64,000 nucleotides of DNA, from NCBI GenBank assembly GCA_001600815.1, contig BCKZ01000008.1, positions 186,001-250,000 on the forward strand. Reading direction: 5' to 3'. Positions 52,666 through 64,000 of this stretch are shown here, piece after piece. The notes beneath the pieces were generated by a model. It did no database searches. It was not told the DNA's origin and saw only the letters and a program-made list of their open reading frames with translations. Position numbers and translations under genes: made by a program. Position 1 is the first letter of the stretch. Each line of letters begins with the position of its first letter. Origin of the DNA: Alloascoidea hylecoeti (taxonomy: Eukaryota).

Positions 52666-54400
52666 AATTCATGGTCAAGGCCTACAATATAGGTATCGAT
52701 ATTCCGAATGTGTGTATAATAATTATTATAAATTTAAACTAAATATTAGTATGTTTTATTCCATAGTGGCATTTATGGCTACCTTCCAGTTATGTGTGTG
52801 AAATGGTAAATACACCCTATGATTATAGCGTTGAACAAAGTATGGCATAAATAAATTTTTCTTATACTAATCCGTAACCATTGAAATTGTGAGTCACTAG
52901 TATAGTTTGAAATAATATAATTTTGAATTCTATACATCAGGAACAAGACAACATTTCTTGGAAGTCTAGGAATATCAATCTATTCAACGGCTCCCCTATA
53001 TCCTTCAAGTATGGCAGTTGTTATAAAATGCTGGAACAATTGACTACAATTCTTACAATGGAAGAAAAACAATATATCAACTATAATAAATTGATGGCTA
53101 TAGAGTCTAGACTAACAATTAATACCTCTATGTCTAGCTTGAGTTAGCTATACATAGTATATTGATTTAATACTAATTATAAAATCTATAACTATTGAAC
53201 TTGCGCAATTGTTTTCTCAATCCGATTAATCTCTGCATGGATAATAGGATATCGATTGCATGGTCTCATTTAACGTTTAACATCTTCCGCTTTGTAAGCT
53301 GTACAATAAGGTAAAGTTAGGTGTAATTTCAGAAATCTACTATAAATTTAAGGAAATATCTAGTATCCCTTACTTAATCTATTCTTTATTAATCTACTAT
53401 TATTCTAGACTCATTAAAAGAGAAATCTAGTGTAGATAATTTTAAATAACTATGGCATAAATTCATAATATAACAACACAATGCCAAGGTTTCTCGAATT
53501 AATTTGATGTAACCATTAAGGTTAAAAATTCTTTTAGCTATAGATATCTATTTCCAGATCTTATAAGACTTATATCATCCTTTCCACAAGATCAATAATA
53601 TATCATATTAGCTATTAATAGTGCTACATTGTGCAGATTTGTTGGTAGCCTTAGGTTTATCCTAGGATTAATATTAACTGGAATTTTATTTGATCTTTTC
53701 ATTTCATTGTTAACGTTATGTACGTAATTTTTTTTCATCTATAATTATATATCATCAATATTTTCAATTGCGCTCTATCAGATAATTATGATCATTTTCA
53801 ACAATTGTTATATTCCGGCCCAACAATATTAATATTATAAATAGAATTTAAATTTAGAAACAAAGATTTTGCAACTTTTTCTGTGTTGACAGCTCACTTG
53901 TACCTGATTATGGCATATGCATGTGAATTTATAGTAATTTCGTACACGATCAGCTAATAGGAACGGGACAAGCCAAGTTCTCTCGTCATGCGGCTGAATT
54001 CACATTTACAGGTGTTAATTTTACACACCCAGGCCATAATAATACAGCTAGCCAAAATATGATTGTATAATCAATAATGTAATCGATTACCTCACTATAT
54101 TATAAGGTTAAGCTTATTATAATTAAAAGTTTAAGAGTGTATTATATTAATTATATAATAAAATCTAATAGAAAAAAATACAAAGCAACAATCCGAAAAA
54201 TCATTATAATTAAGAATCAAAATTTGTAAAAATATATGGATGCGATTCAATCGATATCAATGCTGACATTTATTTAGCGTTAGCATATTTTTTTAAGAAA
54301 CCAAAATCATTTTATTCTATATTTTTTATTTCTATAAATTAGAACAGGGAAAAAAAAAAACTCCGCAACTAGCCAACTGCTATATTGATTATGTTATTGC

Positions 54401-54895
54401 TTATAAAACGTAAGCAACGAATGCGAGAACACCAGCAACAGCTGGGACACCGAATTTACCAGCAGCATTGGCAGAACCGATAGTGTCTGTACCATTGGTA
54501 GAGTTACCAGCGGTGCTGTTACCAGCAGTAGCGGAAGCGGTAATTGCTGCGGTTTCAGCAGAGGTTTCAGCAGTAGCTGCAACGGAACCAGTAGCTGAAG
54601 CAGAAGCAGCAGAGATGATGCTTGAAGCAACAGATGGAGCGACCACAGTTGTGGAGAGAAGTGTAGAAGAAACGGTACAAGGACAGTCGGTGATAGTCAA
54701 AGTTGTAGCTTCACTGACGGTGTAAGTAACATTGTTCTGGGTAATTTCGGTAGCGTATGGGCAGTAAGTTGTGTATTTTGTAACGACATCTTCTTTGATT
54801 GAAGTAAGAGTAACAGTAACATCAGCTTCAGTTGTAGAGTTTGAAACAGCAAGAGCAGAGGTAGCAAAGGCAATGGCGGATGTAGAGAATTTCAT
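54401..54895 (-). CDS. GPI-anchored cell wall mannoprotein (Ccw12/Sed1/Pga59-like)
   Basis: Signal peptide, VVTKYTTYCP...TYTVSEATTLTITDCPCTV repeat, hydrophobic C-terminus. Confidence 0.9.
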   Translation of the reverse strand: MKFSTSAIAFATSALAVSNSTTEADVTVTLTSIKEDVVTKYTTYCPYATEITQNNVTYTVSEATTLTITDCPCTVSSTLLSTTVVAPSVASSIISAASASATGSVAATAETSAETAAITASATAGNSTAGNSTNGTDTIGSANAAGKFGVPAVAGVLAFVAYVL

Positions 54896-55399
54896 TTTTA
54901 ATAATTATAAGACTTTATAGGATTAATATTTCTGGTTTTAATAGAGAATTCAAAATATTTGGGCGGAAGTTGAGCTTTTATATATTTTCGATACAAATAT
55001 TATAAGTTTTTTGGTAAAATATAAGCCTCCAAGGCGAACGCATACGATGGAAAAAATAATAGTGAAAGACCTGATCTAGAACATAAGGCAGTCAATTTCC
55101 CCCTTTTCTCTGAAACTCCTCCTTTAATTTATGTCCGATAATTCTACACCTTTTGCTGGGTATGTGCAAGCATCATATTAATATGGTGATTATGGCTAAA
55201 AATACAGTCGGGTTAGAAGTCTAAGATTTTTTTCGGGTCACCGACTCACCGCTCTATATAAAAATGGCAATATTATAACCAGTTACTGATCATGAATATT
55301 TCAAAGCCTTTGACTGTTCTTGGAATAACTCATGTTCCATTCTAGAGGTTTTATTAGTCTGTAAAAAATGACATCTTAAGTTTTTGTAGTATTAGCGCC

Positions 55400-55535
55400 C
55401 TTAACGTCATAAACGGCTGTCCCTCTGCGAAACTATTAGCTATAGGATTTCCCAACTACTTTTAAATATTTTACAATGAAGCACGACCTTCTTTCCAAAT
55501 TCCAGTCCATGCCATAAGTCTTACCCAGATTTCCT
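55400..55535 (-). mobile_element. Tc1-like transposase relic
   Basis: VRLMAWTGIWKEGRASL resembles the Tc1/IS630 'VMVW.GI...G...L' motif. Confidence 0.4.
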
Positions 55536-56463
55536 TATATTATAATTATGTTATAAATGTTTTTTTTTTTCAAATTAAAGGCCTAGGGACGGTTGTCGAG
55601 CAGATACTTCTCTTCCGGACCCGTATCCCGTTGTAACAGACTTTATGTCACCTGAATATACCATGGTATATGACCTACAACTGTTTTACACCACCACCCC
55701 AAAGGGACCCAAAGGGACCCAAACGCTCTAAGACAACATCAATCTATCTTTAAATCATATCTATCTCATATCTGTTCCTTAATTAGTTCTTCTAATTCAG
55801 ATAAAATCCTTTACCCGCCAAAACTGTTAGCCATGTGTTTCAGAAGAGTTCTTAGGGTTGCTCTTTGGGGTAATCTTCGATAAAGAAGTGTAACTTTAGA
55901 CTTCGGCCTGCTGTAATACGAACGTCCAACTGAAAAATTAAAACTTGGAATATATAATGGTAAAATTGAACCAGTTGTAATTGTAAAGAACTGGTCGCAA
56001 ATTCTAAACTTTCATTACCACTATGAATTATAATATGACTGGTATGCTTGTTGAAACCGCCCTGTGAATGTATCTAATGATCTAGCTACTCATATAAACT
56101 TATATGTAATAACCTGCCAGAAATGAAGGCTTGTCTTATATACGGTAGAGATGCGTTCAGGCTCAGCTCGTTCATTTCAGAGGGTAACTCATGAGTTTTG
56201 AATGAGCTCAGGCTCAAAATCAGGTTCATGGGCTGAGAGATCCATAGTATTCCATACAGTAAAAAGCTTAAGATTGTTTACAGTTACCCTACTACTAAGT
56301 TTTTAAACTATTATACATAATCAACGAAATAACTTATCCACTTGCTTGCCAACACCACTCGGTAATAATATCTAGAATAATATCCAGACTTGTGAGTCCA
56401 GCATAGCCAAAAATTTGCAATTGATTTTGTGAGCCTCATGAGCTACTCGTTTCAAATTTTCAG

Positions 56464-56790
56464 ATGAATCTATCGCTAATATATGACAATGCTCTTGTTC
56501 ACAAATCTGGTGTTATCATGTTGTGGTTGGAAGAGGATGGAGTTGAAATGATCGAATAGCTTGCATAAATCGTCCGAATCAGACCCAATTGAGAAGGTTC
56601 CAAAAAATGTTTCGTCAAAAATGAACCAATTTTCATAAAACTCCTCGGAAGAAAGTAATACCAAACTTCCTCGATTGCGTGAATACATTGGAAGGTATTT
56701 CGACATAATTCACCCAGTTTTATTCTCCTGAAATGGGGTTTAAGCTTGGATGCTAGAGATAGTGAATGAACCATTGATAATGTGACAGGT
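56464..56790 (+). mobile_element. Tc1-like (DDE_3) transposase relic, catalytic C-terminal part
   Basis: YDNALVHKSGVIMLWLEEDGVEMIE*LA-(frameshift)-SSESDPIEKV matches DNA..H.S....WL...GV..L.WP..SPDLNPIE. Confidence 0.75.
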
Positions 56791-57220
56791 TAACACAGCG
56801 TTAATCATCATATTACAGTACTAGTGTAAATGACATTAATCAAGAGTTTTTTCCCTCCCCACAGAGTATTTACCTACTCTAATAAAATTTATATAATATA
56901 TGTGAATGTATTTAAGATGTGGTGATTTCTTTAAGTTTATTGTAATACTGATCAGAATTTTTATGCCTCATAATATGCGATACTTGAAATTATAATCGTG
57001 CAATATATGCATAATCTACTTACAACAATAGAAATGTAGTACAGTAGTATATTGTTACATATTCAAGTCTGAGGACTTAAGCTTTACTCAAGATGATATC
57101 GCAACATAACAATTACTGATAACATAAATACAGTTAAATTCCGCTTTATGGGCTTCTTTCTTCTCTCCCGTTACTTTTTTGGGTAAGGATTGAGATAGAA
57201 TATCAATGCAATTACAAATA

Positions 57221-58091
57221 ATGAAATTAATATCAATTATATCCTTTGGTTCACTTCCAACAATTATTACAAAAATGATCAATAATATTCCGGATATTCA
57301 TCAGCTTGATTTTAAACGTCAATTAAGACCAAAAAGTAATAAAGCAACAGTAGCACAACATTCGAGAATACTAACTTCTGGAGCATATGATGCAAATCTC
57401 ACTATCTATGATGCTCGTTATTGGTACGGTATTGATATTGAAGTTGGAAATCCCCCTCAAATATGACTATTAAAATAGATACTGGCTCGAGTAATACATG
57501 GGTTGTTTCTTTAGATTTAGGGCCTACTAATGATTGAGGAGATTGTGGACTAGGTGCATTTGACGCATCGAAATCTAGTACTTTTCAACATCTACAGATA
57601 ATCTTCAGTTGGTTTATGAAGGTGGGAGTACCTTATCAGGTGAATAGTTTAAAGATGATATAACTATTTCTGGACAGACAATTAAAGGTTTTACTTTGGG
57701 ATTAGCATATGAAGCCAGTTCGTCATATGGAATTTTGGGCCTTTCATATGATAATAACTATTGGGCCAGTTTAGGAAGTAATGAATGTCCTTTCCGTAAT
57801 TATCAACATTCTTTAGTTGACTCTGGAATTACACAATCTTCTGCTTTTTTTCTTTATTTAAACTCTACAGATGAATCTTCTCAAGGAAGTCTTATATTTG
57901 GTGGAGTTGGTAGCAATTTATACACTGGAGATTTATATACTATACCAATGACCGGAATGGAGAGTCCAGGTTCTACATTAGACAGTATTACTTTTGAAAG
58001 GAATACAATTCCTGTTAAACAATTGGCTCTTTTGGATACTAATCCTATTTATTTACCTTCTGCTATTTTGTTACCAATATTAAAATATTAA
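57221..58091 (+). pseudogene. Secreted aspartic protease (yapsin/Sap-like) pseudogene
   Basis: WYGIDIEVGNPPQ-(frameshift)-IKIDTGSSNTWV, FDASKSSTF, GILGLS, AFFLYLN..GSLIFGG; in-frame stops; second catalytic motif degraded and C-terminus missing. Confidence 0.88.
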
Positions 58092-58169
58092 AATCTCTTG
58101 GAGTAAACAAAAACAGGGTTCGAAGTTTCTTTTCTTCCCATTTGTCATTGGAGCAACAACCATTTCAAG

Positions 58170-59468
58170 AATTGCAATATATCCTTAAACGAAAATCTTG
58201 AGTCGACAATCGATTTTGTTTCCGATCTTCCTGATGAAATATCTGAGATAATCATCTTAGATTTGCCGATAACAACTTTGCTCATTTGTAGAGGAGTTTC
58301 GAAATCTTGGAAACAAATATTGGAAAATGATTTTATATGGAAATCAAAGTCAAATATAAAGGAAATTTTATAATGATACTTCAAAAATTGACTCATACTA
58401 TGAATTATATAAAGAACGATATACTCTAGAATTAAATTGGAAAAATAATAAATTTTCAAAACATAAATTAAGTGGTCATTCTAATAAAACGTATTGTGCT
58501 AAAATTTTTAAAAACTGGATTTTAACTGGTTCAGGAGATTGTACAATAAGAATTTGGGATAATGAAACTTTTCAGTGCTTAAAAGTATTAGGTGAACCAA
58601 ATCCTGCGACTTCAACAGATAAATTATCAGATATTGAAATATTGGAATTAATAAAAAAATTGGATATTAAATTTCATTTGGGTACTGTTACATGTATAGA
58701 TATTAATGATAAGTATTTGGTGTCTGGTTCAAGTGATAGCTCTTGTATAATTTGGAAACTACCAGATTTTGAACCAATATATCGTCTGATAATGCCTCAA
58801 GGTAGTTCTCCTTCGGTTATAAAACGCGTTGCTTTATACAATGATTATATTGTATGTTGTAATGATGATAATATTGGAGTTTGGAAATTAAGTCTTGATA
58901 AACATCAACTACAGTTTAATTTATAGCATAGTTTTAAAGGAGTCCGTTGGAGAGGTATTTGCATTCATAATGATATTATATATAGTAGAGAATTCATATC
59001 TGGAATAATATTATATATAGTAGAGAATTCATATCTGGAATAATATCCTGGAATATTGAAACTGGTTAAAGAATCCAGGAATCTCAATATAATCAACTAG
59101 GAGGAATTACAATAAATAATCATTATTTCTTTGTTCCTCTAAACGGTAAATTAACAGTTCTTGATTTAAAAACCAATAAAACCAATATTTTAACAGATGC
59201 AGGACTATATCAACTTGATTTATATATATTTGATAATAAAATCTTTTATATTAATAAATTTTGTAATCTTATGATTTGGAATTTAAACGATTTAAAATTA
59301 TTTAGAGAATTTAAATCTTTAGAACATAAATTAAATTTCCTTCCTAGTCTTACAATTGATGCTGATTTGAAAAGATTAACTGCTTTTACTATAGATGGTG
59401 ATCTTGTTATTTTTGATTTTACCAAAAATTTAAGAAAAAAAATATTTAAAACATTTATAATTTATTGA
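58170..59468 (+). pseudogene. F-box/WD40 pseudogene, copy 2
   Basis: F-box IDFVSDLPDEISEIII...CRGVSKSWKQILENDFIWK, then frameshift; ELNWKNN..HKLSGH, NWILTGSGDCTIRIWD, DINDKYLVSGSSDSSCIIW; stop at 58924; 35-bp tandem duplication. Confidence 0.88.
58973..59042. repeat. Perfect 35-bp tandem duplication
   Basis: ATATTATATATAGTAGAGAATTCATATCTGGAATA twice. Confidence 0.95.
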
Positions 59469-59943
59469 ATATTGAAAATAAATATCGTCGCTTAAATAAT
59501 TTTCAATAGAAATGGCTGCTATTTTATGGCTACAGATATATGCAAAAATATATGAATTCTGGATTCATAACGAAAGAACAAATTACTGTATAAAGAATAA
59601 GATATTACAGCCTCCTTTATTGGATTATTATTGTTGGGAATTACCATCTTTTACAGATCCGGATCATTCTCATGCAGTCTTATAATCATAATAAGAACAA
59701 ACTTCAACTTAAGACAGCATAATAAGCCATATCATATTACCACTACTAATTCTACTTCAAGATTTAGATCTACTGAATATAAGTCAAAACACAAAATATA
59801 TACCAAAAATTATAAATATATTAAACTTATATAGATATAATTATATCATAATTATAGACATTAATATTCATTCCATTTTAATTTTAATTTAGCACATCAA
59901 GATAAAAATCATAATTATAACCTTAAGCCATTAGCTGAGACAC

Positions 59944-60972
<1,029 letters not shown>

Positions 60973-61722
60973 TTATAATAAAGTAATAAAAGTAATAGAA
61001 ATATATTCTAATGGAGAAAAGAAAAAAACAATAGCAAGGGGAATTGAAGTCTTTAAATAGTTATAAGATGAGTTAATATAATTATGGGGGTTAATAATAT
61101 GATTTGATGAGGATCTACAAAGGCATGTTAGGGAATTGATTGATCTGGTGATGCACCTTGTTAATTTCAGTGATAGAGGACCACCTTATGGCGGCATAAT
61201 TAACCACCACGCGCGCACCTCATTCCCATGTTTCTTTTTCACATTTATCTTCAGATGTCATTATTGATAAATGTCCTGGACTCAATTGAATTTGTAAGAA
61301 CTTCAAATTGATCATATCTCTTAAGATTCTCAACGTAGTGAACTTAAACACATTTTTTATTTATTATTATTTTTAATATACCCTAGTTCAAATTTTCAGA
61401 TTTAAATCGCACATGGCATATTAAATATTATATAAAGGAGTTAACAAGTGTCAATTGGCATTGAATTAGTATTTTAAACCCAATTTCTTAGTTTCTTGTT
61501 TCAATTCATATTTAATAAATAACTCATCTCGTATGCATTTGGAATTGAAAAAAGAGTCTCATGGAGTTATAAGAATTTTGATATCATGTTATGGTTTGCT
61601 TCCAATTACTTCCGCAATTGAAATTAATATCATATGATCAACTTTCTTTAAATGTAATAGATAACAACATATAGTACACAAGTGGAAATGTCAAAGATTG
61701 TTATTATTATGAAATAATATAA

Positions 61723-62610
61723 TTAAGCATCTTCCTTACTGTCGCTTTGCATTCCTTCCCGTCGTTCCTGTTCTTCCTTTTCTTCTTGTAGGGCTTGTTG
61801 GAAACTTTCCAATTCCCGAAGTATCCTAACAAATCTTTCCTGTCTTCTTACCCAATTCTCTTGGTATGTTTTTTGTTCTTCTTCTAATTCCCGTATTTCT
61901 TCTTCAATGGCAGCAATCTCATCCAGTTGCTCCTGCCGTGTACTGTTCAGTTGGACATTTAATTTTCGTATTTTATCAACCTCCATGGTCTCTGTTTTCG
62001 CTTTTAAAGTTTCTTCATCTTCATCGATATCCATTAAGTCTTCATCTTTTACAACTTCTTCATCAGGATCCTTATCTTCTAATAAAGCTTTAATTTCACT
62101 TTCTTTCAACTCAATAGTCTGTTTCGATATCATAGTATTAATATATTCTTGAACTTCTTTTCGTTGTTCCTTTAATTTTATAGCCTGTATTAACATTTGC
62201 TCATATTCCTGTTGCTTTTTATTATATTCTTTAACTTTTAAAGATATTTCAACTTTATCATGATTATAATTGGCAACTTCTTGATTATTCATTTTAAGCT
62301 GTGCTTGTGTTTTTTGTAGGTATAAATAATATGATGAAATGTCTGCCATGATAAGCCCACCCAAAGCTTTCCTATATAAATTATTAGTTATTAATAGCAA
62401 TCAAATTAATAGTTCTTTTAAGTCTTACACGTCTTTGGTAGAATCACCATTTAATAAAATGTTATAATTTTTCACCAATCTTTTTATGGGGTTTTCATTG
62501 ATGGTAACGCGTTCTCTTATTGACTCATCTATAATGTAATCTGTTAGAAGAAGATATTTGTTGGGTTAGAATATTTATATGGGATTCTTACCTTCGTTGA
62601 AACTAGACAT
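61723..62610 (-). CDS. THO complex subunit THOC7/Mft1-like, 3 exons
   Basis: Exon1 62610-62592, exon2 62528 (or 62540)-62429, exon3 62371-61723. DESIRERVTINENPIKRL and ..N.QE...Y pattern, coiled-coil, ends EQERREGM. Confidence 0.7.
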
Positions 62611-62739
62611 TTTTCGTTAAAGGTTGGTTATTAGTTGATGGTTGAAAAATGAAAATTGAAGGTTGAAACATCCAAACCTTCAACAAATCCAACTTCACCA
62701 CTAGACAATCAACTCAAAAATACAAGACTAAGACGAAAA

Positions 62740-64000
62740 ATGTCTCATAATTATTATCAAGCAATTGCAGTTTTATCGGCTTCTGCTGATATTGACCAGC
62801 TTAAAACAATCCCTAGAACACAAGAATATTCCCGACTTATTGATATACTAAGCATCTTTTTACATTATATACCAGAATACGTGGACTCAAATGACTTGAC
62901 ACTTGTATTTGATTTTATTATTTCAGAAACTGATACTGAAGAAGATTTAATATCATGGAGTGAGAACTACGATACAATAAATAATGAAATGATAAATAAT
63001 AATTTATTACAATTATCAAATGAGAACCTTGGATGGAACTCAACTTCATTAAAAACAAACATTCTTAAAATCCCAGAATTAATCACCATTTGGTTAAAAG
63101 CAAGAATTAGAATGATAAATTTATTATTACCAATATATAATTATCATGGTTTTTTAGTATTATATCATGAATGGATAAGTGATACTTCAAATGAAGAAAC
63201 AAATATATATGAATTTAAAAATTGGTTTAATGGAATAATTAATCCAATGAATTATTTCAATACAACGTTAAATTTAAATCTATCAATATTAGATTTTGAA
63301 GCTACTGATCATGAATATATACTAAAAAATACATTACGCGATGGGCAATTTATTGGACATATTGCTCCTTATCTTTCATATACAAATACTTGGAAATATT
63401 TATCAAAATTATTAATTGAACTTTCAATAAATAATGAAACAGAAAATGGAAAAGTTGAAAAAAATGAAGAAGATATTTCTAATTTAAAATTAATTAATAG
63501 TTTAATTAATCAAATTTCCGGTGTTAAAAATCAATATGATTTAAATATTTTAAAAGATATTATTCATTCAATTTTAATTCATATTTTTACAAATGATTAT
63601 TTAAACAATACTAATAGTTTATTATTATTAGATATTTTTCAAAATATTTCAACATTATTACCATTAGATTCAACACAAAAGGAAATAAAAACTCTTGATT
63701 CAATTTTTTTAACAAATGATCCAGAAATTTGTTCCAAATCTCCAATTTTAATACCAAATCAATTAAATATTAATATGTTTATAACATTACAACAAATAAT
63801 AATTAAAATGAAATTATCTGATGAATTGACATTAAGAGAATTAATTGCAATTAAATTTAATGGTAGTAAAAATGATCAATTAGATATATTAATTAAATTT
63901 TTAAAAATATTTATTGATTGGAAATTAAAATTTTCAATTATTTTTAAATATAAAAGTTTTATATTTAATAAAATTGATAATCTTAATGAAGTTTTATTTA
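62740..64000 (+). CDS. Probable Sec39 (Dsl1 complex) N-terminal part, runs off the window
   Basis: Open frame from ATG 62740; ILSIFLHYIPE, WLKARI and WFNGIINP resemble fungal Sec39 N-terminal motifs. Confidence 0.55.
   Translation, partial: MSHNYYQAIAVLSASADIDQLKTIPRTQEYSRLIDILSIFLHYIPEYVDSNDLTLVFDFIISETDTEEDLISWSENYDTINNEMINNNLLQLSNENLGWNSTSLKTNILKIPELITIWLKARIRMINLLLPIYNYHGFLVLYHEWISDTSNEETNIYEFKNWFNGIINPMNYFNTTLNLNLSILDFEATDHEYILKNTLRDGQFIGHIAPYLSYTNTWKYLSKLLIELSINNETENGKVEKNEEDISNLKLINSLINQISGVKNQYDLNILKDIIHSILIHIFTNDYLNNTNSLLLLDIFQNISTLLPLDSTQKEIKTLDSIFLTNDPEICSKSPILIPNQLNINMFITLQQIIIKMKLSDELTLRELIAIKFNGSKNDQLDILIKFLKIFIDWKLKFSIIFKYKSFIFNKIDNLNEVLF

Noticed and set aside
52923..53260. 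Possible further Tc1 relic (SFKYGS..KML, SYNGR, CMDN)
   Set aside because: Motifs too degraded to support as a feature without an HMM search.
56476..56774. Minus-strand ORFs of 76 and 91 aa
   Set aside because: Antisense to the plus-strand Tc1 transposase relic.

Overview
AT-rich, intron-rich budding-yeast (Saccharomycotina-like) genomic window with one 460-nt assembly gap. CTG appears to be read as Leu. About 18 apparently intact genes are present: a small GPI protein, a GAT1/AreA GATA factor, RIX7, VAC14, PEX19, a YqjM-type old yellow enzyme, a 5-intron alpha-tubulin, an F-box/WD40 protein, KIP3, a peroxisomal dienoyl-CoA isomerase, a peroxisomal FMO, an aldo-keto reductase, a Sic1/Rum1-like CDK inhibitor, a sugar porter, a Zn2Cys6 factor, a Ccw12/Pga59-like wall protein, GAPDH and THOC7/Mft1, plus the 5' part of a probable SEC39. 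Exon structures were reconstructed by hand. The long intergenic stretches hold many decayed sequences: two paralogous F-box/WD40 pseudogenes, each preceded by a co-oriented secreted-hydrolase pseudogene (lipase, aspartic protease); fragments of LSB6, UBA3 and a GLFG nucleoporin; pogo- and Tc1-type transposase relics; a copia-like gag relic with an internal inversion; and a two-copy MITE family, one copy inside an intron. All identifications come from motif recognition by eye; no searches were run, and relic boundaries are approximate.
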